64,000 bases of DNA from an uncultured Phycisphaerales bacterium (GCA_963754335.1 CAVWFQ010000004.1:205866-269865), one strand, 5' to 3'. Shown: positions 24,328-34,084, numbered from the stretch's first letter. Numbers and translations are program-made. The notes: generated by a model from the letters alone, not told the origin.

Positions 24328-25382
24328 ATGCCCGCCAGCGACGTTTATCCGCAGTCGAGCCGTGAGCGGGATCGCTGGATCGTTGCCCTTCGCCCACAGG
24401 GCAATGCGGCGCTTGATCCCCATCGCGCTTATGCGGCGATTGCAGAACAGGAACCGGACGAAGCGGGGCGACTTGCAACGGTCGCGACTATTTTTCTCAC
24501 CAATCGCGAATGTCCGTGGCGATGCGTGATGTGCGATCTGTGGCGCAACACGCTCCCCACGACCGTTCCCCGCGGCGCGATCGTCGAGCAAATCGATGTG
24601 GCGCTCAGGAGTCTTCCGCCGGTGCAGCAGGTGAAGCTGTACAACGCCGGCAGCTTCTTTGATCCGGGTGCGATTCCGCCGGCTGAATACGCTGCGATCG
24701 CCGAGCGGATGAATCGATTCAAGCGGCTCGTTGTGGAATGCCACCCGCGCTCGTCGGCCCGGCTGCGGTGGAATTTCGCGAGCGATTGGAAAATTGCGAA
24801 CTCGAAATCGCCATGGGGCTGGAGACCGCTCACCCGGGGGCGCTTGAGCGGCTCAATAAGAGAATGAACGTCGATCAGTTCAAGAAGGCAGCTGAATTCT
24901 TGCGCGAGAACGGGATTGCGCTTCGCGGCTTTCTCATGATCCATCCGCCATTTATCGCGATCGAAGAACAGGCGAAATGGCTCGATCGCTCGATCGCTGT
25001 CGCCTTTGAGTGTGGTGCATCGGTGATCTCTCTTGTGCCGACAAGAGGAGGAAACGGCGCTATGGAGCAACTTGCGGCGGCGGGGCAGTTTACGCCGCCG
25101 ACGTTGGCGCAGATCGAAGATCTGTTTGAAAATGGGCTGGGGCAGAGAGACGGCTTGGGGGTTCGCGGCCAGGTTGACACGGGCGAGACGCCCAAGCCAC
25201 GAGTGGGGAATTCCGAGCCTGGCCAGTACTCCGGTGACCGCCGGGTCTTCGTCGATCTCTGGGATCTGGAGCGGTTTTCCAAATGCCTTCACTGCTTCCC
25301 AGGAAGGCGCGATCGGCTGGCCAGAATGAATCTCGACCAGCGCGGACTGCCGCGAACTGCCTGTGAGGTTTGCAACGAGTGA
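24328..25382 (+). CDS. radical SAM enzyme (CxxxCxxC) with C-terminal CxxC...CxxC pair, frameshifted near 24745
   Basis: TNRECPWRCVMCDLW gives the canonical CX3CX2C motif. Downstream radical-SAM core features (GSFFD, LEIAMGLETAHPGALERLNKRMNV, LRGFLMIHPP). C-terminal CLHCFP...ACEVC. Sits 9 nt after the AsnB-like stop. Confidence 0.7.
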
Positions 25383-25408
25383 AAGTCGGGAACACGGGTT
25401 GAAAACCC

Positions 25409-26798
25409 GTGCCACTTTTTTTCATGAACACCCATTACGACATCGCGGTGGTCGGCTCCGGCTTTGCCGGATCACTCGTTGCGATGGTCGCGCGGCGTCT
25501 GGGCCGGACCGTCATTCTCATTGAGCGCGGAAACCATCCGCGTTTTGCAATTGGAGAATCTTCCACGCCCCTGGCGAATCTGCTGCTCGAGGAACTGGCG
25601 GTTCGCTACGATCTCCCGCGTCTGCTTCCGTTTTGCAAGTGGGGGACATGGCAACGGACTTATCCACGAATCGCGGTCGGGCTCAAGCGTGGCTTCAGCT
25701 TTTACCACCATAATCTGGGGGAGCGGTTCGTCCCTCTGCCGAATCGGAGCAACCAGTTGCTCGTGGCCGCCAGCCCGCATGACGGCATCGGCGACACACA
25801 CTGGTATCGACCCGATTTCGATCAGTTTCTTGTCGAGGAGGCGAAGTCGCTGGGCGTCGAATATCAAGACCATGTCAATCTTGAGCGCGCTGAGTTCCGC
25901 CCGGGTGGCGCTTGCCTCCGCGGCCAACGTAACAGTGAGCAGATAGAGATCAGGGCGGATTTTGTGGTGGACGCGAGCGGGCCGCGTGGCTTTCTGCAGC
26001 GTGCGTTGTCGTTGCCGGAGCGTTCATTTCATGATTATCCAGCCACCGAATCGCTCTTTGCTCATTTCCGCGAGGTGAGGCAGATGGACTCGGGCGGGGA
26101 TTTCGGGACGATCGGCCAATCGCCACCATTTTCCCCGGACGACGCTGCGGTTCATCACGTTTTCGACGGCGGATGGGTCTGGGTGCTCCGTTTCAACAAT
26201 GGGATCACCAGCGCCGGCGTCGCCGCCGCGCCGGCGGCGGCACGACGACTGAAACTCGCGGAGGGCGCTTTGGCCTGGGATCGACTCCTGGCGGAATTGC
26301 CCACTCTGGCCGAGCTATTTCGCGACGCCAGTCCCGTCACGCCATTCACGTACGCGCCGCGCCTTCCGTTTCGCACCGGCGCTGCTGCCGGCGATCGCTG
26401 GGCGATGCTTCCCTCCGCCGCCGGCATCGTCGATCCGCTGCTTTCCACGGGGTTCCCTTTGACTCTGTTCGGCATTCTCCGACTGGCTCAAATTCTCGAT
26501 GAAGCCTGGACGCGTCCGTCGGAGATGCGCGAAAAGGCTTGATGATTACGCTGACAAATCCCTCAGGGAACTCGATGCCGCCGCGCACCTCGTCGGTGCG
26601 CTTTATGCGACAATGCACAACTTTCCGCTCTTTGCGCGTCTGACCCTCCTGTATTTCGCTGCAGCCAGTTTCTCCGAAACGTCGCGCCGTCTGGGTCGGG
26701 TACGAACCGGGTCATTTCTGTTGCACGATGATGAACGCTTTGGCCCGATGCTCAGCGCTGCTGCGCTCAGGCGAGAGATGTGGCTGGGGACCGCGTAA
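25409..26798 (+). CDS. flavin-dependent halogenase-family oxidoreductase (Trp_halogenase-like), frameshifted near 26520
   Basis: FAD motif YDIAVVGSGFAGS, AIGESSTP resembling halogenase GxGEATIP, and GWVWVLRF resembling the WxWxIP motif. The C-terminal ~95 aa continue in ORF 26499..26798. Confidence 0.65.
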
Positions 26799-26980
26799 TG
26801 ACCGCGAATTTAATGGAAAAGGTTCTGCTCGCCATTGCGCCCATCGACGTGGCGGGGCTCACTGACGTCTCGCGCAAGAACTGGTATCCGGTCGATAGCG
26901 AAGACCTGTACCGGTCGACTGGAAAGGTGAACGCGAGTCGGGCGGAGATTGCTGCGCTTCTGAATCGTTGCGGCTTTTGA
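26798..26980 (+). CDS. small ORF (60 aa) translationally coupled to the halogenase-like gene
   Basis: A TAATG stop/start overlap with the upstream gene. Sequence MTANLMEKVLLAIAPIDVAGLTDVSRKNWYPVDSEDLYRSTGKVNASRAEIAALLNRCGF; no family recognised. Confidence 0.4.
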   Translation: MTANLMEKVLLAIAPIDVAGLTDVSRKNWYPVDSEDLYRSTGKVNASRAEIAALLNRCGF

Positions 26981-27023
26981 TCGAACCAAATGTAGCGACT
27001 CCGGTTCGCCCCGATGTCGCAAG

Positions 27024-27410
27024 TCATTCGCCAACTCTCGAAGCGTGGTCGCCGGCAGTGAACGGGCCAAACGTTTCGAAGGATCCGTCCGCGTGAACGC
27101 TGACGAAACGATAGTCTTTGGCAAGGGCCAACGCCTTCTCCAAATAAGGCTTCAGTATTTGGAGATCTCCGAAGCGGGTTAGATGTGTACGCAATTCCAC
27201 GACGGAGAGCGGTAGCCGTTCAAGATGATGCTCATGTCGAATATTCTTGTCCGTAGTCACCATTACCGCATAAGGCACCGTGGCGGCGCGGGCAATGAGT
27301 TCGCCGTTGGCCAATTGCTGGTAACCCACGTCAACGGCATGTTCTACCTCATGCCCAGGGAACAACTGCTTTGCTCGATACGGAACGCAATTGTCGAGAA
27401 GAACTTTCAA
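27024..27410 (-). CDS. DUF5615 family PIN-like protein (putative toxin)
   Basis: Characteristic N-terminus MKVLLDNCVP; 128 aa; overlaps the upstream DUF433 gene by 4 nt (ATGA). Confidence 0.7.
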   Translation of the reverse strand: MKVLLDNCVPYRAKQLFPGHEVEHAVDVGYQQLANGELIARAATVPYAVMVTTDKNIRHEHHLERLPLSVVELRTHLTRFGDLQILKPYLEKALALAKDYRFVSVHADGSFETFGPFTAGDHASRVGE

Positions 27411-27694
27411 AGCTTACGCAAGCTGTTGAGAAGACCGGACGCAGACAAGTCGATGACGGCCGCGACCTGTTCGCGGGTAACCGGAGGAAAGTCTGCCAAA
27501 AAGACGTTTAGGTTGTCTCCTGAGGCAAGGTGGTCAAAGAGTGCTTGGACTGGAACCCGGCTTCCCTTAAAACAGGGCTCGCCATGCATTCGTGCCTTAT
27601 CCACCGAGATGTAGGGCGCCAGGGGGCTGTTCGGCGGGATTAACTCCCCAGTTTCTTGTTGCTCGACGGAATTTATCGTGGTGGACATCGGCAA
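27407..27694 (-). CDS. DUF433 domain protein (putative antitoxin partner of DUF5615)
   Basis: DUF433 core GEPCFKGSRVPVQALFDHLASGDNLNVFLADFP; classic DUF433-DUF5615 gene pair. Confidence 0.7.
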   Translation of the reverse strand: MPMSTTINSVEQQETGELIPPNSPLAPYISVDKARMHGEPCFKGSRVPVQALFDHLASGDNLNVFLADFPPVTREQVAAVIDLSASGLLNSLRKL

Positions 27695-27766
27695 AAGCCT
27701 CCGACCAATATATTAGCAACAACGCCTTTAGGAATCAGCGATGACCTCAATTCCTCGAATGTACCC

Positions 27767-29129
27767 TTATTGCGGGAAAACTGCTCGATACAGCAACTCG
27801 ACCGGGTGAACCGCGCGGACGGGCACATTGTCGGCATCCGCCTGCGACTGAATCTGCATCGCGCAGCCGACATTCCCCGTCGCGCAAATCGCCGCGCCGG
27901 TGCTGGCGATGTTCTTCACTTTCCGCTCGGCAAGGCTGGCCGACATTTCCGGCTCGGTCAGGTTGTAGGTTCCGGCGGCGCCGCAGCACAAATCGCTCTC
28001 CGGCAATGGAACCAGTTTCAGTCCGGGAATCGCTGACAGAAGCTGGCGGGGCGGCGCGGTGACGCGCTGCGCGTGCGCGAGATGGCACGCATCGTGATAG
28101 GTAACGGTTTGGTCGACGGGATGCGTTAGAAGTGTTCGTCACGCCCAATTCCAGCAAAACCTCACTGATATCCCGGACTTTCGACGCGAAGACGCGGGCG
28201 CGATCGGCGTATTCGGGATCGTCACGCAGCAGATGATCGTATTCACGCAGCATCGAACCGCAGCCGGAAATGGTCGTTGTGATGAAATCGACAGGCGGTC
28301 CGTCCTTCGGCAAGAAGGCGTCGATGTTTTTTCGGGCGAATTGCATTGCGGGTGCCGGAAATCCGCTGTGTTGATGAAGCGCGCCGCAACAAGTCTGAGA
28401 TCGGAGAGGAAGGACATCGGCGCCGCAGGCGGCGAGAAGCTCAGCCGCCTGGCGGTTGACTTTGTCGAACATGACCGAGCCGATGCAGCCGGTGAAGAAA
28501 CCGATTCTTTTCGGGACGGCGGGGGCATTCGCGGCGGCCTGATTTCGCGAAGCGGGCAAGCCGCGAAGCGGCGCGGGCCACAATGCGCCGGTTGCGGGGA
28601 GCATTTGCTCCATCTTGCGAAACTGAAGCGGAAGCAGTCGAAACAGGCCGATCGAACGAAATAGCGAATAGATCCCCAGCTTCTGGAGCACGCGTGCCGG
28701 GAGCAGCGCGAGCTTCAGGCGCGTCGGATAGACGAATACATTAAAAAAGAGCCAGCGCATCAGCCGGCCCTGGACGCCGATGGGCTGCGTCGCGGCGAGT
28801 CGCGCACGCGTCTCTTCGATCAGTTCGTGATAGACCACGCCGCTGGGGCAGGCGGTTTCGCAACCGCGGCAATCGAGGCAGAGATCCAGATGGCGGCGGA
28901 CGGAGGCGGTCGGCTCGATGACGCCGTCCGCCAGTCCGCGCATGAGCTGAATTCTGCCGCGCGGCGAATCTCCCTCCTGCCCGGTCTGCACGAAGGTGGG
29001 GCAGGCGGGCAGGCATAAGCCGCAATGGACGCAGCTCAGCGCGCGATCGTAGGTGCGCGGATCCAGCGGCAAGGGGGTGATGCTGCGTGCGGATGAAGAT
29101 GCGACGGTCGGGTTGGCCGGTGTGCTCAA
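27767..29129 (-). CDS. glcF: glycolate oxidase iron-sulfur subunit GlcF-like (Fe-S + CCG domains), frameshifted near 28120
   Basis: Two 4Fe-4S motifs (CVHCGLCLPACPTF; CLDCRGCETACPSG) and CCG-domain residues (FFTGC, SQTCCG, ESDLCCGAAG). C-terminus in ORF 27767..28006. Confidence 0.75.
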
Positions 29130-29130
29130 A

Positions 29131-30012
29131 TCAATGCCACGGTAAAGGGGTCAAGGTATTGTCGGGATCGAACGCCCGTTTCAGCCGTTCGATTATTTGG
29201 CGTTCACCTGCATTTGTCGAGACGTTGAGCAGAGGACCGCTTGGCGAATCGCGTCGCGATATCACAGTCCCCCCCAGGCCGCTTGCGGTTTCGCGGATCA
29301 AAGCCGCCTCGTTCGTTGACCCCAGCGCCCCGATCACAATCCCAAATGCCGCATCCGCCGCCCATTCGTTGATCGCGGCTTTCTGAACAAACTCCAGAAT
29401 CCGCGACGGAGGCACGGCGGCCCTGTATACGATCGTCCCCGTCGCATTCCAAAGCCGTGTCCTGTCGGCGATATCCTCATCAACGGTGCGCTCGCAAATA
29501 TTGACCGGCCTGGTGGTCGGCACTTGAGACGCGATGTAATCAATGGTCGCATCGTCCCCGAGATAGCCCAGGCGCAGCGCATCATCCGTCAGGAGCGACC
29601 ATTGAGGGCGAAAGGCGGTCGGGAAGAGCGCCGAGAGGATCATCGGGTCAGCGCGGTGTCGTACCAGCAATGCGCGTCCCGGCCGGCGATAGGTGCGCGT
29701 CGTGAGGGTCACGAGCTTTCCGAACACGCCGGACTGGCCGACCATGAACTTGGTGAGATCGTAACCGGCGACGTTTTTGACCGTGCGCCCGCCGGCGGTA
29801 ATCAACTCGCCGCGGCCGTTGGTGAATTGCACGCCGAGAAGAAGGTCACGCCATGCGCCGTAGCCGAGGCGCAGCGGGCCGGTTGAATTGGTCTCGACGA
29901 GCGTGGCGAGCGTGGCAGTTGGGTCGCCGTCGATGGGAAGCCATTGGTTGATCGCGGCGAGTTGGTTTTGAACCTGCGCGAGCGTCAGGTCGACGGAAAA
30001 AGTCGCCGTCAT
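29131..30012 (-). CDS. glcE: glycolate oxidase FAD-binding subunit GlcE-like
   Basis: FAD_binding_4-type segments (GRTVKNVAGYDLTKFMVGQSGVFGKLV); directly upstream of the glcF-like gene. Confidence 0.65.
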   Translation of the reverse strand: MTATFSVDLTLAQVQNQLAAINQWLPIDGDPTATLATLVETNSTGPLRLGYGAWRDLLLGVQFTNGRGELITAGGRTVKNVAGYDLTKFMVGQSGVFGKLVTLTTRTYRRPGRALLVRHRADPMILSALFPTAFRPQWSLLTDDALRLGYLGDDATIDYIASQVPTTRPVNICERTVDEDIADRTRLWNATGTIVYRAAVPPSRILEFVQKAAINEWAADAAFGIVIGALGSTNEAALIRETASGLGGTVISRRDSPSGPLLNVSTNAGERQIIERLKRAFDPDNTLTPLPWH

Positions 30013-30092
30013 GTCGCGCTGGTGGAGATCCGATTCGCCGGGGGGAACGAGGGGAGAGCGGGGGGCGCGGAAGGTGGTGTTCGAAGAAGAAC

Positions 30093-30524
30093 TCATTGCG
30101 CGGCCGATTCTCTTACTCCCTCTCCCGGTACGCCGGGAGAGGGTTGGGGTGAGGGTCTTTCTTCGAGGTGCCGATAGATGTGTTCCGCCACAATCCGCGT
30201 GTCTTTCAGGACATTGTGACCCCAGAAGCGGAGAACTCGAATACCAAAATCATTTAGTTTCTTCGTCCGACGCTCGTCATATGCCAGAACCGCGGCGTCG
30301 CCATGCTGCCCGCCATCCAGTTCAACGGCGAGTTGACCTTCGGCACAATAAAAATCGAGGATATATCCAGCGACCGGTTGTTGCCTGCGGAACTTGAACC
30401 CGGCCAATCGTCTGCCGCGCAAGATTGACCAGAGTTTTGATTCGGCGTCAGTCCGATTCTTCCGCAGGTCCCGCGCGAAGCCCAGCAGTCGTGGAGAATG
30501 ATCGCGCGGCATGTCCCTAATCAT
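30093..30524 (-). CDS. DUF559 (Vsr-like restriction-endonuclease fold) protein; C-terminus runs into repeat unit
   Basis: DUF559 signature LRKNRTDAESKLW..FRRQQPVAGYILDFYC..LAVELDGGQH..GIRVLRFW. The last ~20 aa (PSPQPSPGVPGEG) are encoded by the palindromic repeat unit at 30101-30160. Confidence 0.8.
   Translation of the reverse strand: MIRDMPRDHSPRLLGFARDLRKNRTDAESKLWSILRGRRLAGFKFRRQQPVAGYILDFYCAEGQLAVELDGGQHGDAAVLAYDERRTKKLNDFGIRVLRFWGHNVLKDTRIVAEHIYRHLEERPSPQPSPGVPGEGVRESAAQ
30101..30160. repeat. solo palindromic repeat half-unit (ccctctcccggtacgccgggagagggttggggtgagggtc)
   Basis: Same arm sequence as the MITE-like family; overlaps the 3' end of the DUF559 gene. Confidence 0.8.
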
Positions 30525-30535
30525 GCGGGCGAACA

Positions 30536-30720
30536 GCGATCAATCAAGACCCTCACCCCAGCCCTCTCCCGGAGTACCGGGAGAGGGGGAATACCTCCGG
30601 CATCGTTGGGCTTTGGAAGGAGTGGCAAGCATTGAAGCACTTCTGGGGAGAAGGCGGGGATCAATCAAGACCCTCACCCCGACCCTCTCCCGGAGTACCG
30701 GTAGAGGGAGAAGAGGCCTG
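30536..30720. repeat. tandem duplication (~120-bp unit) of repeat half-units (gatcaatcaagaccctcacccc..ccctctcccggagtaccgggagaggg)
   Basis: Two near-identical segments begin at 30536 and 30656. Each carries the palindrome ctctcccggagtaccgggagag. Located between the DUF559 start and the K+-channel stop. Confidence 0.8.
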
Positions 30721-31126
30721 CGCTCCGTTCATTGTTTGCAAAATCAGTTGCAGTGCCTGCAGGATCTGCTCCTGAGTCTGCTGCTGAACCGCCTCGCGCT
30801 GCGCTACGCGACCGTCGAGCGCGGCCCCGGACAAAGCCGGCCCCACCGTCATCAAAGTCGATCCGAGGATTTTTCCAACTGGCGTCTTGGCGAAGATGTC
30901 GCCGTAGCCGACCGACAGACACGTCGAGCAATAAACCATCGCATCCCAGAGATCGTTCACCTTCGGATTATGGTTTTTCTCCGCCGCGTAGAAGAGCAGC
31001 GAGCTGACCGCGACGGCGGCGGCAGTATTGCGCCGGCGAGTCGGTCAGCTTCGCCGCCCATTCCTCGATCGAAAACGATTCGGGAATCGGCAGTCCCAGG
31101 GCGATCAAATCTTCTTTCAGTGACAT
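30661..31126 (-). CDS. small 2TM K+ channel-like protein (TVGYGD-type selectivity filter), probable frameshift near 31030
   Basis: LFYAAEKNHNPKVNDLWDAMVYCSTCLSVGYGDIFAKTPVGKILGSTLMTVG gives an S5-end/pore-helix/filter/TM2 arrangement. ATG 31126 lies 3 nt after the flotillin stop. The N-terminal 30 aa are in a different frame from the pore region. The C-terminal tail is encoded by the repeat element. Confidence 0.5.
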
Positions 31127-31129
31127 GGT

Positions 31130-33044
31130 CTAGACCTTCCGATTCGCTTTGACTTCGGCATGAGCCGGTGCAGCGGAAGACGCCGGGGCGGCGCCTGCCA
31201 CTGATCCGTTTCCCGTTCCGGCCAAGCCGGGCGACGAGCCATCGTCGGTCTTGGGGGAGAGTTGCGTCACCACGGCTGACGTCACCCTGTTGAGCAGTTC
31301 GTGGCCGGCGGGGGGAAGCGTTCGCATCAAGCCCGTCGATCGAGGCGCCGATGCTGGCGGCTTTCATGAACTGCTGAGCCATGCTGGCCATCGTCGCCGG
31401 GTCGGCGAAGATCTGCATTTGCGCCTTCTCGAACATCGTTCCCATCGACTGGGCCGCCTGCACGCGCACATCCCGGTCGGCGTCGATGCGCAGCTTCTCG
31501 AGCTCGAATTTCAAAGCCGCGTCTTCGAATTCCTGCTTGTTGGAGAGGCTTTGGCGCTCGACTTCGACGCGGGCCTGTTCGACGCCGACGCGCTCGCGCT
31601 CGACGTTCACATCGACCATCTTGATGGCCCGTTCGCCTTCGGCCCGCTTGACCGATGCCTGGGAGTCGCCGTCTGCGAGCTTCAACTTCGCCTGGAATTG
31701 CAGATCCGCGGCCTGTCGTTCGGCCTCGGCTTTCTTGACGGCCATATAGGCCTGCACATCGGCGACGGTCTCCTCGCGCATCTTGTTTTCCTGGATGACC
31801 TGCTTGGCTGCGATCAATTTCTTGCTGGCCTCGCGGTCGGCTTCGCTGGTCACCTGCACAGTGATCACCCTTTGCTTCGCTGATTCGCGTTCGGATTCGG
31901 CCACCAGCACGCCGGCTTGCGCCGTGGCGCGCTCCTGTTCCTTCTGTGCGACGGCTACTTCCTTGGCCCGTTCGGCCACTTCGATAGCCTGCTTCTTCTG
32001 AATTTCGGACGTCTCCTGCTCGCGAAGCTTCGCGATGAGGGCCAGTTTCCTGGCGATGTTCGCCTGTTCGACCGTGAGCGCTCGCTGCACTTCGGTGGTT
32101 TCGACCGCCTGCGTCTTTTCGATCTCGCGCCGGGCCACGGCCTCGTCCTGCTCGATCTTGAATGACGCCACCTCGCGTTCGCGGGCGGCGCGGACATTGG
32201 CGACTTTCATTTTCTGGTCGGCCTCGAATTCCGCCTGATCGCGCTGGAGCTCAAGGATTTTCTTGGTCGTAAAGACGTTTTTCTCCGCCACGGCCCGTTC
32301 CGCCTCGCGCTCGATCACGTTGCGTTCGATGCGGGCCTTCTGGGTAATTTCGGCGATTTTGCGAAGGCCCTGGGCGTCGAAAACGTTTCGCTCCTGCAAA
32401 GCGGCCGGGTCGGTCTGGTCGAGCGACGATATGGTGACCGATTCGAGCGTCAGACCGTTGCTCGCCAGATCGTGGGTCACGATCTCCTGGACGGCGCTGG
32501 CGAATTCATCGCGCTTGGCATGGAGTTCGACCAGATCCTTCGTGGCGGCCACGGTGCGCAATGCGCTGACCAGCTTTTCCTGGACCAGCTCGCTCACCGC
32601 GTCGGGCTGCACGTTGCGTCCTCCAAGCGAACGGGCCGCCTGGAGGATATGGTCGGCGTTTGCGTCCACCTTGATGTAAAACTCCGCCGACAGATCGACG
32701 CGGAGATTGTCGCGTGTGATGAGCGCATGAGGTCCGCGGCGTTCGACGTTCAGACGCATCGTCTCCAGCGAAACGGGGATGACGTGATGAACGACAGGCA
32801 AAACGATCGTTCCGCCATCCCGGTACACGCCTACCCCGCCCATGCCGGTGCGGACGAAAGCCATGTTGGCTGACGCCTTGCGGTAGAGGTTCTTGACGAC
32901 GGCCATGATTGCCGCGAAGAACATCACCACGCATCCGATGCAGAGAAGTACGAATTTCCCGCTGGGCGCCATGGATCCCATCGGCGCTACCCACGGACCA
33001 ATCGCTAACGCTGCCCCGATGATGAAGAAAAGGATGATGAGCAT
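31130..33044 (-). CDS. floT: flotillin-family SPFH/band-7 protein (FloT/YqiK-like), frameshift in C6 homopolymer near 31335
   Basis: N-terminal membrane anchor and an SPFH domain (GGVGVYRDGGTIVLPVVHHVIPVSLETMRLNVE). A long E/A/K/Q-rich coiled coil follows. Removing one C from cccccc (31331-31336) restores the C-terminus ...DANASPAGHELLNRVTSAVVTQL... Confidence 0.85.
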
Positions 33045-33118
33045 AGGAGTCCCTCGATTCTGTTTGTTAGACTTGGAATCCGGGCGTCCCGAGCCCGGAT
33101 GAGTTGTTTGTGAACCGT

Positions 33119-33853
33119 TCAGTTTTTGGATTCCGCTCGCACTTCGAACGAGTCCTGCCTGGCGTTGTAGGCAATGAGCTGCACGCGCGCGCCCTTCGGA
33201 ATGCCATCCGTGTTCGCCGCGGCGTGGCAGGGGACTTGATGCAGTTCCCCGCCGTCATCGCGAACGATAACCAGGCCAAATTTCTCGTTCACGGCAAACA
33301 GTGTCTCGCCGACGCATCCAAGCAGTTCGTGGCGGCGGCGGGCATTGGTTTCAGACAGAGGAACGAAACGCACCATGAGCGACGTAAGGATCCGCGTTAC
33401 CGCCAGGCTCCCCACCGCCGCAACGGGAAGCGAAAGCAGCGCGACTCTCCAGTCTTCCCGCACCTGGGCACGCATGATTTGATTGATCATGAAGCCGATC
33501 GCGCCCCACGAAAGCAGGAGTACCATCAGGAGCAGGCTCAGAGGAACGCGGCCGATGCCCAGCCAGCTCATGACTGCAACGTGAGCCGGGAGATGATCCG
33601 ATTGATCGGAGTCGACATCGTGGTCGGTCGATTCGGAGGCGTCGCCGCCGCCGTCCTGGTCGGCTGATACATCGTGTTCGGCCCCCAGATCGTGGTCGGC
33701 GCCGAAATCATGATCTGCGCCGAAGTCGTGATCGACTTCACCTTCTCCAAAGGAGATCCCGCTGACCGCGTAAACGCCCAGGTACATTACGGCCAGAAGA
33801 AACGGAACGGTGAAGATCAGGTTCCACCAGCCGAATAGCCATTGCGTGTCCAT
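33119..33853 (-). CDS. nfeD: NfeD-like membrane protein (YqiJ/YuaF family) with DH-repeat linker
   Basis: N-terminal TM helices, a DHDFGADHDFGADHDLGAEHD repeat, and a C-terminal OB-fold-like NfeD domain (GLVIVRDDGGELHQVPC...GARVQLIAY). Immediately upstream of the flotillin gene. Confidence 0.75.
   Translation of the reverse strand: MDTQWLFGWWNLIFTVPFLLAVMYLGVYAVSGISFGEGEVDHDFGADHDFGADHDLGAEHDVSADQDGGGDASESTDHDVDSDQSDHLPAHVAVMSWLGIGRVPLSLLLMVLLLSWGAIGFMINQIMRAQVREDWRVALLSLPVAAVGSLAVTRILTSLMVRFVPLSETNARRRHELLGCVGETLFAVNEKFGLVIVRDDGGELHQVPCHAAANTDGIPKGARVQLIAYNARQDSFEVRAESKN
33681..33734. repeat. 3 x 18-bp imperfect tandem repeat encoding DHDFGA units inside nfeD
   Basis: The units gcccccagatcgtggtcg / gcgccgaaatcatgatct / gcgccgaagtcgtgatcg on the + strand. 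Confidence 0.6.
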
Positions 33854-34084
33854 TGCGACCCCCGTGTGAAGGGCCGAGCTTTTCCGTTCGATTCGCTTAC
33901 AACTCTAACGAGACGGTCCGAGCTTACCAAGGATTTACGGCTTATAAGTCAGCGGAAAGACTATATCGATTCACAAGTTCTTTCAGGGCAATCGAATGCC
34001 GCATTACGAGCCCGCTGGTGAACAGGGCGTGATCCCACTGCGGTCGGCAGGTAAGATCGCCGGAGTTGGAGCGGCGGCCTCCTT

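Noticed and set aside
30511-31152. 213-aa + strand ORF containing PSPQPSPGVPGEG and LTPTLSRSTGRGRRG
   Set aside because: It is generated by reading through the palindromic repeat units and is antisense to the K+ channel and flotillin C-terminus; it is a repeat artefact.
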